Source: a virus (taxonomy: Duplodnaviria > Caudoviricetes). From it: a DNA stretch of 64,000 nt. Position numbers and translations under genes: made by a program. Positions 51,143-63,072 of the stretch are shown piece after piece. Within the stretch, counting starts at the first letter, position 1. The number at the start of each line of letters is the position of its first letter. The DNA is taken from positions 1-64,000 of IMG/VR virus record IMGVR_UViG_3300033463_000075. One strand, written 5' to 3'. The notes beneath the pieces are model-generated. The model was not told the DNA's origin and did no database searches. It saw nothing but the letters and a program-made list of their open reading frames with translations.

Positions 51143-54007
51143 CTAAAAGTATAAGTAGTAGTTTGATTTATGAGCATTGTGTGTTTCAACTCTTATAGCT
51201 GGTTTTGATATATGTGTTATATTTGATATAGGTGCTAATGGAATGCACTTTGACTGTGCAGTTATTGTTGGCTTTTTGTGAATAATATTTTTAAGGTTTA
51301 TAAGTGGAAGTTCAAAGCCGCATTCATGCATTAAACTAATAACAGATTTATTAATTTCAGCATAGTACTCATCAATAATAGGTAAATCGCATCAATCTTG
51401 TAGATAAAATTTTGAAGCTATAAAAGGCATCTTAGTCTTTTCTCCTTGACCAGCTATATAGTGAATAACTTTTGGCCAGTTAGTTTTACGATTAGGGTTT
51501 ACATATTTAAATTTAGGACCAGTAGTCATAAGGCCGTATGTATAGTCAAGGTGCAATTCATTTTTTTCTTGTCAATTATTAAAATAGTAGTTTAATACAT
51601 TTTGATCATGTCATGCAATGTTGTCAGGTAATTTAGGAAGCAGCTTTAAAATTTTATTTGCATCATTAGTATTTTTAAAATCTCAGACAAATAGTCCACT
51701 ACAGAAGATAGAATCTCCAATAACATAAGGACCTGGCTTTCTATTTGGTAGTGGTGCACCATCAAGCACTGCACTCATATGCGGTTTATCAAAAAGCTCA
51801 TCTATGTTTGAATAAATGCCCAAGTCAGAATCTAGATAAACCATTTTATCAAGTTTAAGCTGATTCTTAAATAGGCCTAGCTTAGTAAAAGCTTTTACTC
51901 AATTTGATATTTTTTTAAGTGAAATACCATTTGGAATTATATTTTTTGTATCTAACTTAAAAGTAATTATGCCACAGGCATTTAAAATATCTATAGTATT
52001 TTGACTAACTTCATCAGTATAGCCGCAGCATACAGCATACTTTGTGCCATGTGTAAGAAGAGACTTATATACATTTAATACATAATAAATATAATTATCA
52101 GAGCTCAAAAAAAGCATTCATGCCTTCTTATTATTAGCTTGCCAATTTAATTTGTTAGCGTTAATAGTACTTAATGTTTTAGGTGTGCTATTTAAATTAG
52201 TAGATAAATAATTCATACTATTAGCAAGTAACTTAGAATAGCTAATATTAGGTGGATTAAGTATCTCTTTAGTTAGTACAAAAGTGCTATTATTAATATT
52301 TCTATCAGCTATTTTAAACATTGACTCCAAAGATTCAAAGCGTATGTTTCCGTTGTCTCTATTGCTTCAGTATATAAAAGGTTTATTAAAAATAATAGCA
52401 AATAGCACACCATGGAATGAGTCAGTTATCACAAGTGAACAGTCTCTAAATGATGCTAGCCAGTCTATAACATCAGTTTTGTTGTGTTGGAATACTGACA
52501 TATTTGTGTTTTTGCTTGTAGTGCTTATAAAACTATCTTTTTCTGATGTGGGCTGTAAAATATATTTAAATATGCTATTTGATTTCTTTTTGGGGATACC
52601 TTTACATAGTTCAAGATAGTCTGTTGCTGCTAAAAGCATTGTAGGGTCTAGCACTTGTGCAGCTTTTATACCAAAATGCTTTTGGCAGTCAGCTTTTGAT
52701 ATAGCTTCTCTTATAGACACGCCATTAAATTGTTGTAATAGACTAGCTAATTGCTTATCTTCCGTAGGTGTATATTGTCAGTTATCATTGCCTAAGCCAA
52801 AAGATGCTCCATATGAAAAGCGAACCTTATTTCAGCCAGCTGTAAAAGCTAAAAATGGATAGCTTATATAGTTATCCTTATAGTCATTAATACTTGTATT
52901 TTTTCTTCAGATTTGGTCGCTTCCAACTATAAAAATATCATAATCAGTAGCTTTTATAGTATTATAATCTGCCGCTGTAGGCAAAATATTCATTTTTATA
53001 TATTTGTCACAAAAGCTAAGTCTATCTGGTCTTCTTCATGTAATTATATCACAGTCATATCCAAGCTTATTAATTGTTTTTTGTAAAGCATATGCTTGCA
53101 ATGCTGTGCCTATATTAAAGTGTAAATTCATAGTGACAACAGCTACTTTTTTATTAGCTTTTAATAAGCTTTTATATGGCTCAGGTTGCACATTTAGCTT
53201 ATCTTGAATACCTTTATTATAAGGCTGTATAGCAGCTATACTTGTTTCAGATAATGCTAAGCTATTAATTTTAAATAGCAAGTCATTGCCAGAAGTTGTA
53301 TTAGCTATTATAAAGCTAACACCCTTTTTGTCATCAATTGTTGGAAAACTTTTTTTAACACCTCAAAAATCGCCAATAGTTAAGTCTGAAGCTATATTAG
53401 TTTTAGCTTTACAGTTATAACAGCTACTATTAAAATACTTTGCAGATAGGTATGTTTTTGAGTAGCTATTATTTAAGTGATTTTCCTCTAGCCTACTACC
53501 GTCAGTGTATGTTACTACATAATTATAGTTATTTCAGTCTGTATTAGCTTTACTACGCATGTTGATACTGCTTATTGTAGCGTTCTTTTTAGAAATACTA
53601 TTTAAATATTCTTTTCAAATAGAGACAGGTAAAGTGCCATAGCAAGCAATATTAATTGTTATTAGATTTGTATATGGTTTTTTTAAATAATATTTTAAAG
53701 CCATTATCTGACATGGTGTACCAGTATATAATACTAGTTTTCCTATATCTAAAAAATGTTTGCATTCTTCAAATGTGTGTTTATTATCAGCTTTAACATA
53801 TTTAGACCCCATTAATTTTGGTAAGTCAGCTAATTTATCTACGTAGCACATATCTACAAGCCAATCTTTATTTCAAGCAGCTCCAAAAACAATACCATTA
53901 TTTTGCAGTATATATTCTGCAATAGCATAAAAAACACCACCAGAAGAGCTCATTGTTCTGATTGCATCATTTTTATTTATAGCTAAATATGTCTTATCCT
54001 TTTCCAT
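51143..54007 (-). CDS. 954-aa fusion: FrhB-like (F420 hydrogenase beta C-terminal) + polysaccharide pyruvyltransferase + GT8
   Basis: SSSGG, GSKY, GTPCQ, SDLTIGDFWG; NIGTALQAYAL, GSDQIW, SIRE, VLDPT, DSFHG; YLDSD, WHDQ; six track ORFs share one frame. Confidence 0.85.
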
Positions 54008-54019
54008 TTTATATTCCCC

Positions 54020-54694
54020 TTAATCTAATTTTGCATCTATAAATTTTCCGTCTTCTACCTTGCCTTTTTGCCATTTGCCATATTTATTTTTATATAGGCC
54101 AAATGTTTCAAAAGTGAAAAAAAGTAGGTCTGAACAGTCATCAAAAGTAGCTTTTACATTATTTAGCAGTTTTATTTGACTATCACTCGCAAACTTAACA
54201 CCCAATAAACCAGAGCAGTATTCAAAAGCTGTCGGGTGTATAAAGTTCATATCTGGCCCAAATGTTATTGATAGCAGGTCTTTGCAGCCCTTAAAAGTAA
54301 AATCACGTAGCCTTGTGCAGCCATCAGGTATTATTATCTTTAATAGTCCTGTATGAGCAAAAGCATACATACCAATATCAACTGCCTTTCCATCTGTGTC
54401 TTCACTAAAGAAAAATCTTCTTAAGCTTTTGCAGCCACTAAAAGCCATAACAGCTATTTTGTGTAGCGTCTTAGTGTTAGATAAGTTGACATCAGTTAAT
54501 CTTGTGCAGTCTTTAAAGGCTCTGGCACCTATCCATTCAAGCTTAGATCCTGCCTCTAATGATATTTCCTCTATATTAGTGTTGTTATTAAATGCTTCTA
54601 ATTCTATAGCTTCAACCTCAGCTGGTATAACAACCTTAGTCTCAATACCATTATAAGCATATAATATGTTGTCTCTTATATCAAAATCACGCAT
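54020..54694 (-). CDS. BspA-type LRR (LRR_5) protein a
   Basis: IGxxAFxxCxxL repeats; shared N-cap and C-cap; no TGA. Confidence 0.9.
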   Translation of the reverse strand: MRDFDIRDNILYAYNGIETKVVIPAEVEAIELEAFNNNTNIEEISLEAGSKLEWIGARAFKDCTRLTDVNLSNTKTLHKIAVMAFSGCKSLRRFFFSEDTDGKAVDIGMYAFAHTGLLKIIIPDGCTRLRDFTFKGCKDLLSITFGPDMNFIHPTAFEYCSGLLGVKFASDSQIKLLNNVKATFDDCSDLLFFTFETFGLYKNKYGKWQKGKVEDGKFIDAKLD

Positions 54695-54707
54695 TAGTTA
54701 TATTCCT

Positions 54708-55388
54708 TTACCAATCTGGTGTATAGTTATCTGGTAGCTTATCAAGTATCCATGTATCATGAGCATATTCTTTAACAAGCTGTATATTTCCAAATCTTAA
54801 GTATCTTATGTTTGGACATCCTTTTAGTCAGTCTAAGTTTTTATCAAGTAGTTTTATATTCTCTCTGCTCTTAAAAGCTATTAGTTGAAGCTCTTTACAG
54901 TCAATAAAAGCTGTATCATCAATGTAGTCTATTTCAGGACCTAGATATACATTTTTAAGCTTTCTACAATAAGCAAATGTAGTAGTCTTAATTGTATGGC
55001 AATTATCTGGTAAAACTATTTCTTCTAATTTAGAGCAATTTATAAAAGCACCAAGTCCAAGGTCTAGCTCTTCTTTAGGTGGGTTTGTAGAAAAATAAAT
55101 ACGTTTTAAGTCACAGCAATTATTGAAAGCATACATGCTAATATGTGTTAGAGGTGCATGCTCAAGATATATTTTTTCAACATTTAAGCAGTTAGCAAAA
55201 GCATCTGTACATATTTTTCAAAGCTTAGAGTTTGGCTCAATATCTACACTATGTATTTGTATGCAGTCTTTAAATGCATTTTGTGCAATTACTTCGGTTT
55301 TTGCTGGAATATAAACACCATGATTTTTGCTTTTATAGTGTAGTATCATTGTGCCATTATTTAATGTGTCAAAATCTGTATTAGACAT
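54708..55388 (-). CDS. BspA-type LRR protein b (226 aa, TGA=Trp)
   Basis: In-frame extension of track ORF 54828-55136. Confidence 0.85.
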
Positions 55389-55391
55389 TTA

Positions 55392-56054
55392 TTACCTCAC
55401 ACTAAAATTACCTTTTTCATCTCGCTTAGCATAAAACCATTTGTTTTCAGCCGGGTTTCTAATAAGCCCAAATGTAGCAAATGTAATAAAGTCTGGTTTA
55501 GCTGAGCCCAATATTCTAGCAGGGTTTTCAAATAATCTTACTGCATCATCACTCGCAAACATGATATACTTTAAGTTATCACAGCCATTAAAAACATCGT
55601 CATCAAATTCAATGTTGTCAGTGGCATCAAATATAGCTGTCACTAAGTCTTTGCAGTCTTTAAATAATTCATGCGGAATCTTAGTAACTTTTTCTGGTAT
55701 TCTAATATTTATTAACCCAGTCTCCCAAAATACATTTGGTTTTAATGTAGCTAATGTTGGTGGTAGTGTCATAGTTTCTAATTTTTCGCAACCTGCAAAA
55801 GCACAACCATCTATATAAGAAAGCTTAGTTTCATGTAAATGCACAAATCTTTCCAAGTTCTTACAGTCTGAAAAAGCTCTTATATCAATTTCTTCTAAGC
55901 CCTCTGGCAAGATTACTTGTTTTATATAATTATTTTGCTCAAAAGCTGACTGACCAATTCTTACAACATTGGCAGGTATTACTACAGTAGGGTCTTTGCC
56001 ATTATACTTAAATAGTGTTCCATCTAATGTTATTCTAAATTTTTGTTCTGCCAT
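55392..56054 (-). CDS. BspA-type LRR protein c
   Basis: LRR_5 repeats; no TGA. Confidence 0.9.
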   Translation of the reverse strand: MAEQKFRITLDGTLFKYNGKDPTVVIPANVVRIGQSAFEQNNYIKQVILPEGLEEIDIRAFSDCKNLERFVHLHETKLSYIDGCAFAGCEKLETMTLPPTLATLKPNVFWETGLINIRIPEKVTKIPHELFKDCKDLVTAIFDATDNIEFDDDVFNGCDNLKYIMFASDDAVRLFENPARILGSAKPDFITFATFGLIRNPAENKWFYAKRDEKGNFSVR

Positions 56055-56057
56055 TTA

Positions 56058-57131
56058 TTAAAACCTCATAATCTTTCAAGGATCTTTGTCTGTTGTGTTA
56101 TATAGTTTCTTATTAGACTGATCTGGTCTAAAGAAGCCAAATGTTTCAAAAGTAATTTCATTTAACATTCTGCAGCCCTTAAATAAGTCAGTAGCTTGCT
56201 CTATTATATCTACTTGAGCATCTTTTGTAAATACTAATTTAGTTAGATCAAAACAGTTTGCAAAAGCTGCATCTGCAATATAGTCTACCTTATCTGGTAT
56301 CACTATACTTTTTAATCTTGTGCAGTATTCAAAAGCATGCTCTTTAATATCAGTTAATACACTGCCTGCTTCAATAAATACTCCTGTTAAGGCAAGGCAA
56401 TTCTTAAATGCTCTTTCACCAATAGTGTCAACAGATTGTGGTATAATTATTGACTTTAATTCAAAACAGTCTCTAAATGCGCTATTGTCTATAAATGTTA
56501 ATGTATCAGGTAGCTTTACATCTGTTAGATGACGACTTTCTAAAAATGCTGCAATACCTAAGCTTTCTATAGGGCTGTTTATAACTACTTTTTCAGCTCT
56601 GCAATGTTGGCATAGTCTTGGTGGAAAATCTGTTATATCAGCATTTATTGTTAAGCACTTTGTTTTTAAGTGGTCAAATGCTTGTCCCCCAATAGCAGCT
56701 ACACTATCAGGTATAAGCACATCTTCTGTAAAGGCTGTTCATTTAAAAGCTTCATTACCAATTTTAATTAAGTCAGGTCCAGCATTAAACTTACCCAAGC
56801 TGGCACATTGATAGAAAGCACTATTGCCAACATCAACTAATTCTTTTGGTAGGCCTTCGATTTTTAAGCTCTTACAGCCATAGAATGCATCTTCAAGTAT
56901 ATGTATAACGCTATCTCAATTTTTAATTGTTGTTAAGTTCTCACAACCCTTAAAAGCATTTTCTCCAACTGTTGTTACATGATTGCCAAAGTCTACGCTT
57001 TTAATTGTAGTATTAGGATAAAAAGCACCATTGGCTATTATCTTAACTTCATCAGGTAAAATAATATCCGTGTCTGTGCCTTTATAATCTATTAAGGCTC
57101 CATTTAATATTTCAAAATCTGTATTAGTCAT
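56058..57131 (-). CDS. BspA-type LRR protein d (357 aa, TGA=Trp)
   Basis: Track ORFs 56916-57131 and 56076-56720 join in frame. Confidence 0.85.
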
Positions 57132-58366
57132 TATCTTGAAACCTCTTGTGTATCTTTAATAGTTATATTTCTGCCATCAAATACACCAATTGTATCGGAG
57201 TACCTATTGCCAGAGTTATTATATTCAACTGCTTTTATGCCATCATAACCAAGATTTTTAGCTATATCTCTGAAAGCATTTGAGCGTAAAATAGTGTATA
57301 CATATAAGTCTTTTTTGCCTTTTACCATTTCAGCTGCAGCATCACTTACTAGCTTTTTAGTTTCAGCTAAGCTAATATCAAGCTTACTTATTACTTTTAG
57401 AAAAGCCTCTGAATAATCATTGCCTACAAATACCTTGTAAGAGCTATCACCTACATCTAAAAGTTTTAGCTTCTTTATATTGCAAGTATATAAATAGCCT
57501 TTGTCAGAGTCGCCTAAAGCATAAGACTTAGCATATAGCTTATCATCTGTTAGCCAAACTGTATGGTTATTGTTAGCAAAGCTTTCTTTATATTTGCTAC
57601 TGCCATTATAATATACAGGTCCGTCTAGAGCAGCTCCAATACCTGGAATAGTAGATAAATCTAAAGCTTCATCTACATCTTCTTTTATTGGAATGACTTT
57701 TCAAGTGCCAGTACGGTTTGATAAAGCAAAAGTCTTAAATCTTATCATATATAATTTATTACAGCCCTTAAAAATTTTTTCTGGTTGTGCCACTAAGCCT
57801 ATTTGTTTGTCTGACTCAAAGCGAACTACACCAAGGTTTTCGCAGCCTTCAAAAGCATCTGACCAAATGCTGTCAACATCAGCCGGAATATGAATGGCTT
57901 CAAGTTGCTTACAATTCGCAAACATTTTAGCATCTATTATATGACAATTTTCTGGCCAATCAAAGAACTTAATACCGGTGCCTGCAAAAGCAGCTTTCAT
58001 GATACATCTGGGTGTATCATGATATTGTCAGTCCCATTTTATAGTAGATAACTTTTCACAGCCCTCAAAAGCAGAATAACCAATATTAACAGTATTAGGT
58101 CTTAGGTATACAGCTGCTAAATTAGGCATCTCATTACAAGAAAGTTCATTAATTTGTTCTGTATATTTAAAGTCTATTCTCTTTATCTTCTCTTTTCTGC
58201 TAAAACAGCCTGTTTCAATAGTTGAAATTGTATCAGGAACATATACAGAAGCTGTAGGTAAATCTTGTGAGCCATCTCAACCAATGGCTCTATCTTTGCC
58301 ATTAATGCCCGTCCCTTTACTTATTACTCATGGCCCTAAGTTAATAGTTTTACCTACGTTGCTCAT
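57131..58366 (-). CDS. BspA-type LRR protein e fused to a C-terminal ADP-ribosyltransferase-like (ART-PolyVal-like) domain (411 aa)
   Basis: In frame through TGAs; C-domain VYYNGS...VWLTDDKLYAKSYA...YLYTCNI...LGYDGIKAVE...TIGVFD. Confidence 0.7.
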
Positions 58367-59307
58367 TAATTATCCACCTTTATTCATCTCTTTAATAAGC
58401 TATCTTTTACTAACATAAAATCTGGGAACTCAAGTATTCTAAGACTTGGACATTCTGTAAAGATTTTATCAACTCTATCCAATAGCTTTATTTGTGTATT
58501 ATCCTTAAATACAACATGCTCTAAACTCTTGCAGCAATTAAAGGCATCTTCACCAATTATTTCTACTTTAGCTGGAATAACAATAGCTTTTATTTTCTCA
58601 CAGTTGCAGAAAGCATTTGCACCTATTATTTTTAGTTCTGACTTATTTGCATCATCTATCTTGAAGTAAGTCATATTAAAACAGTTCATAAAAGCACCTG
58701 GGTATAACATTGTAGCTGTATTTGGCAAGTCTATATGGTCTAAGTTTTTGCAGTTAAAGAAAGCGTTAATACCAATTGTTTTTAATGTTTTTGGTAGGTG
58801 TATTGTTTCCATAACTGAGCAGTCATAGAAAGCATTTGCTCCAATATATTCTACAGTAGACCCAGTTAAATTAAATTCGTCTATGCGTTTACAGTCATAA
58901 AAGCAGCCCGATGGCACCGAAGAACAACTTGCTTCAAAATCAACTGAAGTAAATGTTAAGCATTTTGCAAAAGCACTTTGCCCAATTGATTTTACAGTTT
59001 TTGGTATAACTTGGTTATAAGGTGATGAGTTATCCACATCAATAAGTTCTAGTTTTTTACAACCATAAAAAGCATTATCTCCAATTAGGTCAACAGTCTT
59101 TGGTATTACACAGACTTTTAGCTTATCGCAGTCATAAAAAGCTGAGCTACCAATTGTTCTTAAGCCATCAGGCAAAATTGCATGCTGTACCTCTGTGCCA
59201 GTAAAAGCATCATAGCCAATAGCTTCAATATCAGCTGGAACTCTGACAAGAGTAACATCTCTGTCAGCTTTTTCATATATCTTTTTTTGAGTGTCTATTT
59301 GTGGCAT
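58366..59307 (-). CDS. BspA-type LRR protein f (313 aa)
   Basis: LRR_5 repeats; terminal LLKRWIKVDN uses TGA. Confidence 0.9.
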
Positions 59308-60227
59308 TATTTATCTACCTTTACCCATTTTCTTAATATTAAATCTTTTTTTAGTGCGAAGCTTGGAAAATCTATTTCAGCTAATTTTTCACAGCCAAAA
59401 AATATCTTATCACATTCACTTAATATATTTATATTTCTGTCATCACCAAAAGATACTCTTTCAAGATTATGACAATTCATAAATGCGCCTCTTCTTATTT
59501 CAGCAATATTTTTAGGGAAGTTAACTTCTGTTAAAGCATTACAACCAGCAAAAGCATATTCACAAATAGCTAACCCTCCACTATTATCGTCACCCATAAA
59601 TTCCAGCGTATGTAAGCTTCTGCAACCATTAAAAACACTTGTGCCAATATAGTTAACCTTTGCTGGAATAGTTATATGTGTTAAGGATTCGCAGTCAAGA
59701 AAAGCTTGACTATAAATTCTGATTAAATTATTTGGTAAGTTAATAGCCTTTAGGTTTTTGCAGTTGTGAAATGCAAAGCCACTAATAGTTTCAGCATTAA
59801 AAAGCTCAACATCATTTAAGCTTACACAACCTTCTCAACAGCTACTTGGCACAGTTTGAATATTAGCTTCACACCAAACATTTGTTAAGCTTTGACATTC
59901 TCTAAAAGCATTATCACCAATCTTTTCTACTGAGTCAGGAATAATGCCTGTATAGTTTAATTTTGTGCAGCCATAGAAAGCACTATTCCCAATTTTTGTT
60001 AGCTCATGTCTTGTGCCCAATGTTATGCCAGTTAAATTTTCGCAGTGATGAAAGCAATCGTCTTCTAGCTCTTTTACACAAGTTGGCAGCTTTACAAACT
60101 TAATTCAGCTCTGACCCTCAAAACAGTCTGAAATTATTTCAGCAGGTTCATTCACCATATTTACTTCTGTTGCTTGGCCTGAGTAAGATACTAATTTATG
60201 GTCTTTGTCTGTTATTGTAAAATTCAT
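59307..60227 (-). CDS. BspA-type LRR protein g (306 aa, TGA=Trp)
   Basis: Two track ORFs join in frame. Confidence 0.85.
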
Positions 60228-61072
60228 TAGTTAAATATAGTCTCCCATTTCTTTTCGTCTGCTTCTTTTCTAGCATAAGCATGCCACTTGTCATCATCTT
60301 CTTTAACAAAAGCTTTAGATGGAAACGCTAATCTATGCAAGCTGTTACATCCACCAAAAATGTCATTAACTCTATATAATATTTTCATTTGGTCATCTGA
60401 CATAAATTCGACTTCAGTTAATCTTGTGCAATTCTCAAAAGCTCTAGTTGCAATACTATCTACTTTTGCAGGTATTTGTATTCAGTATAAGTCGCTACAG
60501 TTAGCAAAAGCACTACCACCAATATGTTCCAGTGTTTCAGGAAGGCCCACACGGTTTAACTTCTTACAGCCATAAAAAGCTCCAAGTCCAATTGATGTTA
60601 TAGGGCTATTTCTTAGGCCAGCAGTTGTTAAATTAGGGCAGTTCATAAATGTTTGAGACTGTATGACAGACACATTACCTAAATTGTATATATTTTTAAT
60701 GCCAGACTTATTGAAAGCATCTCCACCAATAGTCTGTAAAATTTGTGGAAAATCTAAAGATATTTCAAGCTTAGTGCAGTTTCTAAATGCATGAGGCCCA
60801 ATAGTTTCAAGATAGTCTGGAAAATGAACGTCAAATAAGTTCGTGCAAAGCTCAAAAGATTGTCTATCTATCTCTGTCATATCATTAGGCAAACAGATTG
60901 ATTGTACTTTCTTACCTTTGAATACATCAGTATTTATAGCAAGTACGTCATCTGGCACATCTACTTGGTAGTCCCATGCATGTTGTTCAAAATTTGGATA
61001 AACTTTAAACAATGTATGACTATCATTTATCATATATGTATAATGTGTGCTTCTAACGGCGCGATCTGACAT
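60227..61072 (-). CDS. BspA-type LRR protein h (281 aa, TGA=Trp)
   Basis: Read-through to TAA at 60227; late promoter at 61104. Confidence 0.85.
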
Positions 61073-61187
61073 CTTTAATTATCTCCAAAAAGTTGTTGCT
61101 ATATAATTTAGCTTAAAATACTGCTCACACCATAAAAAATATGAGCCTAAAATTAGCTCATATTATTATCAAAATTTTAAGTATGTA

Positions 61188-62138
61188 TTAGTCTTTTTTA
61201 TTAAATACTCATTTACCAAAAGACTTTTCAAAAGAGCCTGATGGGAATTCAAATTTATTAAGTGAGTCACAGTTAACAAATATCTTATTAGCATCATTTA
61301 GCCTATCTTTTAACTTATCTGAGCTAAATTTGACAGTTGTTAAACTACTGCAGCTATTAAAAGCATTGTCCTCAATTCTCATATTTCAAGCATCTGTCAA
61401 GAAAGTAATATTGTGAAGGTCAATACAATTTTCAAAAGCACCTTCTTCAATAATATACGTTTCTTTTGGTAATGTAAGGCTAGTTAAACTTACACAACTT
61501 TTAAATGCTTTCTTACAAACTACTGAAAGATTTCTTGGCATAGATATATATGATAGCGCACTACAGCAATTAAAACAGTTGTCTCCTATAAATATTAGTG
61601 AATCTGGCAAGTATACATTTTCTAAGCTTGTGCACATAAAGAAAGTCCAACTTGGTAAGTCACCATCATCGGGCTTGCCCATTCAAACAACACTTTTTAA
61701 GCTTAAGCAGTGGCTAAATATACTATGCTCTATATCAGTAACCTTTTGATGCACAACAATGCTTTGTAATGACTTGCAACCTTTAAAAGCTTTTGCTCCT
61801 ATTGTTGTTAATTTATTTGGTAAATGATTTTCAAGTATGTTTTTGCTAGGCATTGCATGGTGTATATAGTTTAATGATTCGCAGTCTTCAAAAGCGCTTT
61901 CTCCAATAACTGTTCAGTTACCATCTTTAACATATCTAACTACCTTCAAATTTTTGCAGCCAGTAAAAGCACCTCTACCAACACTATGCACTGAAGCAGG
62001 AATAAATACAGCTTCTATAGTATAGTTATCTTTGAAGGCCATATCAACAACATCTATTACACCATCTGGTATGACAACATCTTTTTCGTTGCCAGTATAT
62101 TTAAGTAATGCATTATTTGATATAACAAAATCACTCAT
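61188..62138 (-). CDS. BspA-type LRR protein i (316 aa, TGA=Trp)
   Basis: Track ORFs join in frame; ends TAA at 61188. Confidence 0.85.
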
Positions 62139-62148
62139 CTATAACTCC

Positions 62149-63072
62149 TTACTTTTTATATGCTTCTCATTGATTAGTGCCTGGCACTCTATGAAAAGCA
62201 TGCCTTGGAAAATCTATTTTAGCTAATTTTTCACAGCCATTAAATATTTCAACAGTATTAGCAAGCATTGACATTTGTGCATCTGAGCCAAAGCTTACAC
62301 TAACTAAGTTTTTACAGTTAGCAAAAGCATTTTTTTCAATAACTTGTACTGAAGCAGGTATATGTATATCTATCAAGTTTGTTTTAGCAAAAGCCTCTGT
62401 GCCTATCGCCTCAAGAACAGAATCAGCTTCAAAATTAAGCCTTGTTAGGTCTTTACACTCAAAGAAACTACAAATGCCTATAACTCCAGTTGCTTTTGGT
62501 ATTGTAAGCTCTACAAGACCACTATTCTTAAATGCTTCGCTGTCAATTACTCTAAGTGCATTTGGTAGCTTGATAGTTTTTAACGCCCCACAGTACTGAA
62601 AAGCATTACGCCCTATCTCATCCATTTTATCTGGTAAATCTACAGCTTTTAATTGCTCACAAAAGCTAAAAGTATATGTAGGCAATACTGTTAGTTGTGT
62701 TTCGCTAAGGTCAGCATGTTTAAGTTCTGAGCAGTAATGAAAAACTTGATCACCTAAGCTATTTATTGTGCTAGGCATAATCATATATTGTAATTTACTA
62801 CATTGTTGGAAAGCGCCTGTACCTATCGTAGTCACACCAGTTCTTAATATAGCTCTTTGTAAGTTTGAAGCAAAAGCAAATGCAAAGCGACCTATATCAG
62901 TGCCATTATAATAAGTATCAAAATATTTGATGTCAAGATTATTTTTCAAAGCATCATCAGCTACTCCTGTGCAGCCGCGAGGTAGTGAAAGTCTACCAGT
63001 TGGGCTCTTATAATAAGTTAGCTTACCACTACTATTTAATCTTATAACTTCAGCTGGTTGTGTGTTAGGCAT
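62149..63072 (-). CDS. BspA-type LRR protein j (307 aa)
   Basis: LRR_5 repeats; terminal NQWEAYKK uses TGA; late promoter at 63099. Confidence 0.9.

Noticed and set aside
26010-63072. Mass pseudogenisation of tail, glycosyltransferase and LRR genes (many short fragments in the ORF track)
   Set aside because: Every break checked is an in-frame TGA with no frameshift, often at a conserved Trp; essential baseplate genes could not all be dead.
54020-63072. Diversity-generating retroelement driving LRR variation
   Set aside because: No reverse transcriptase and no near-identical TR/VR pair differing at adenines seen in this window.
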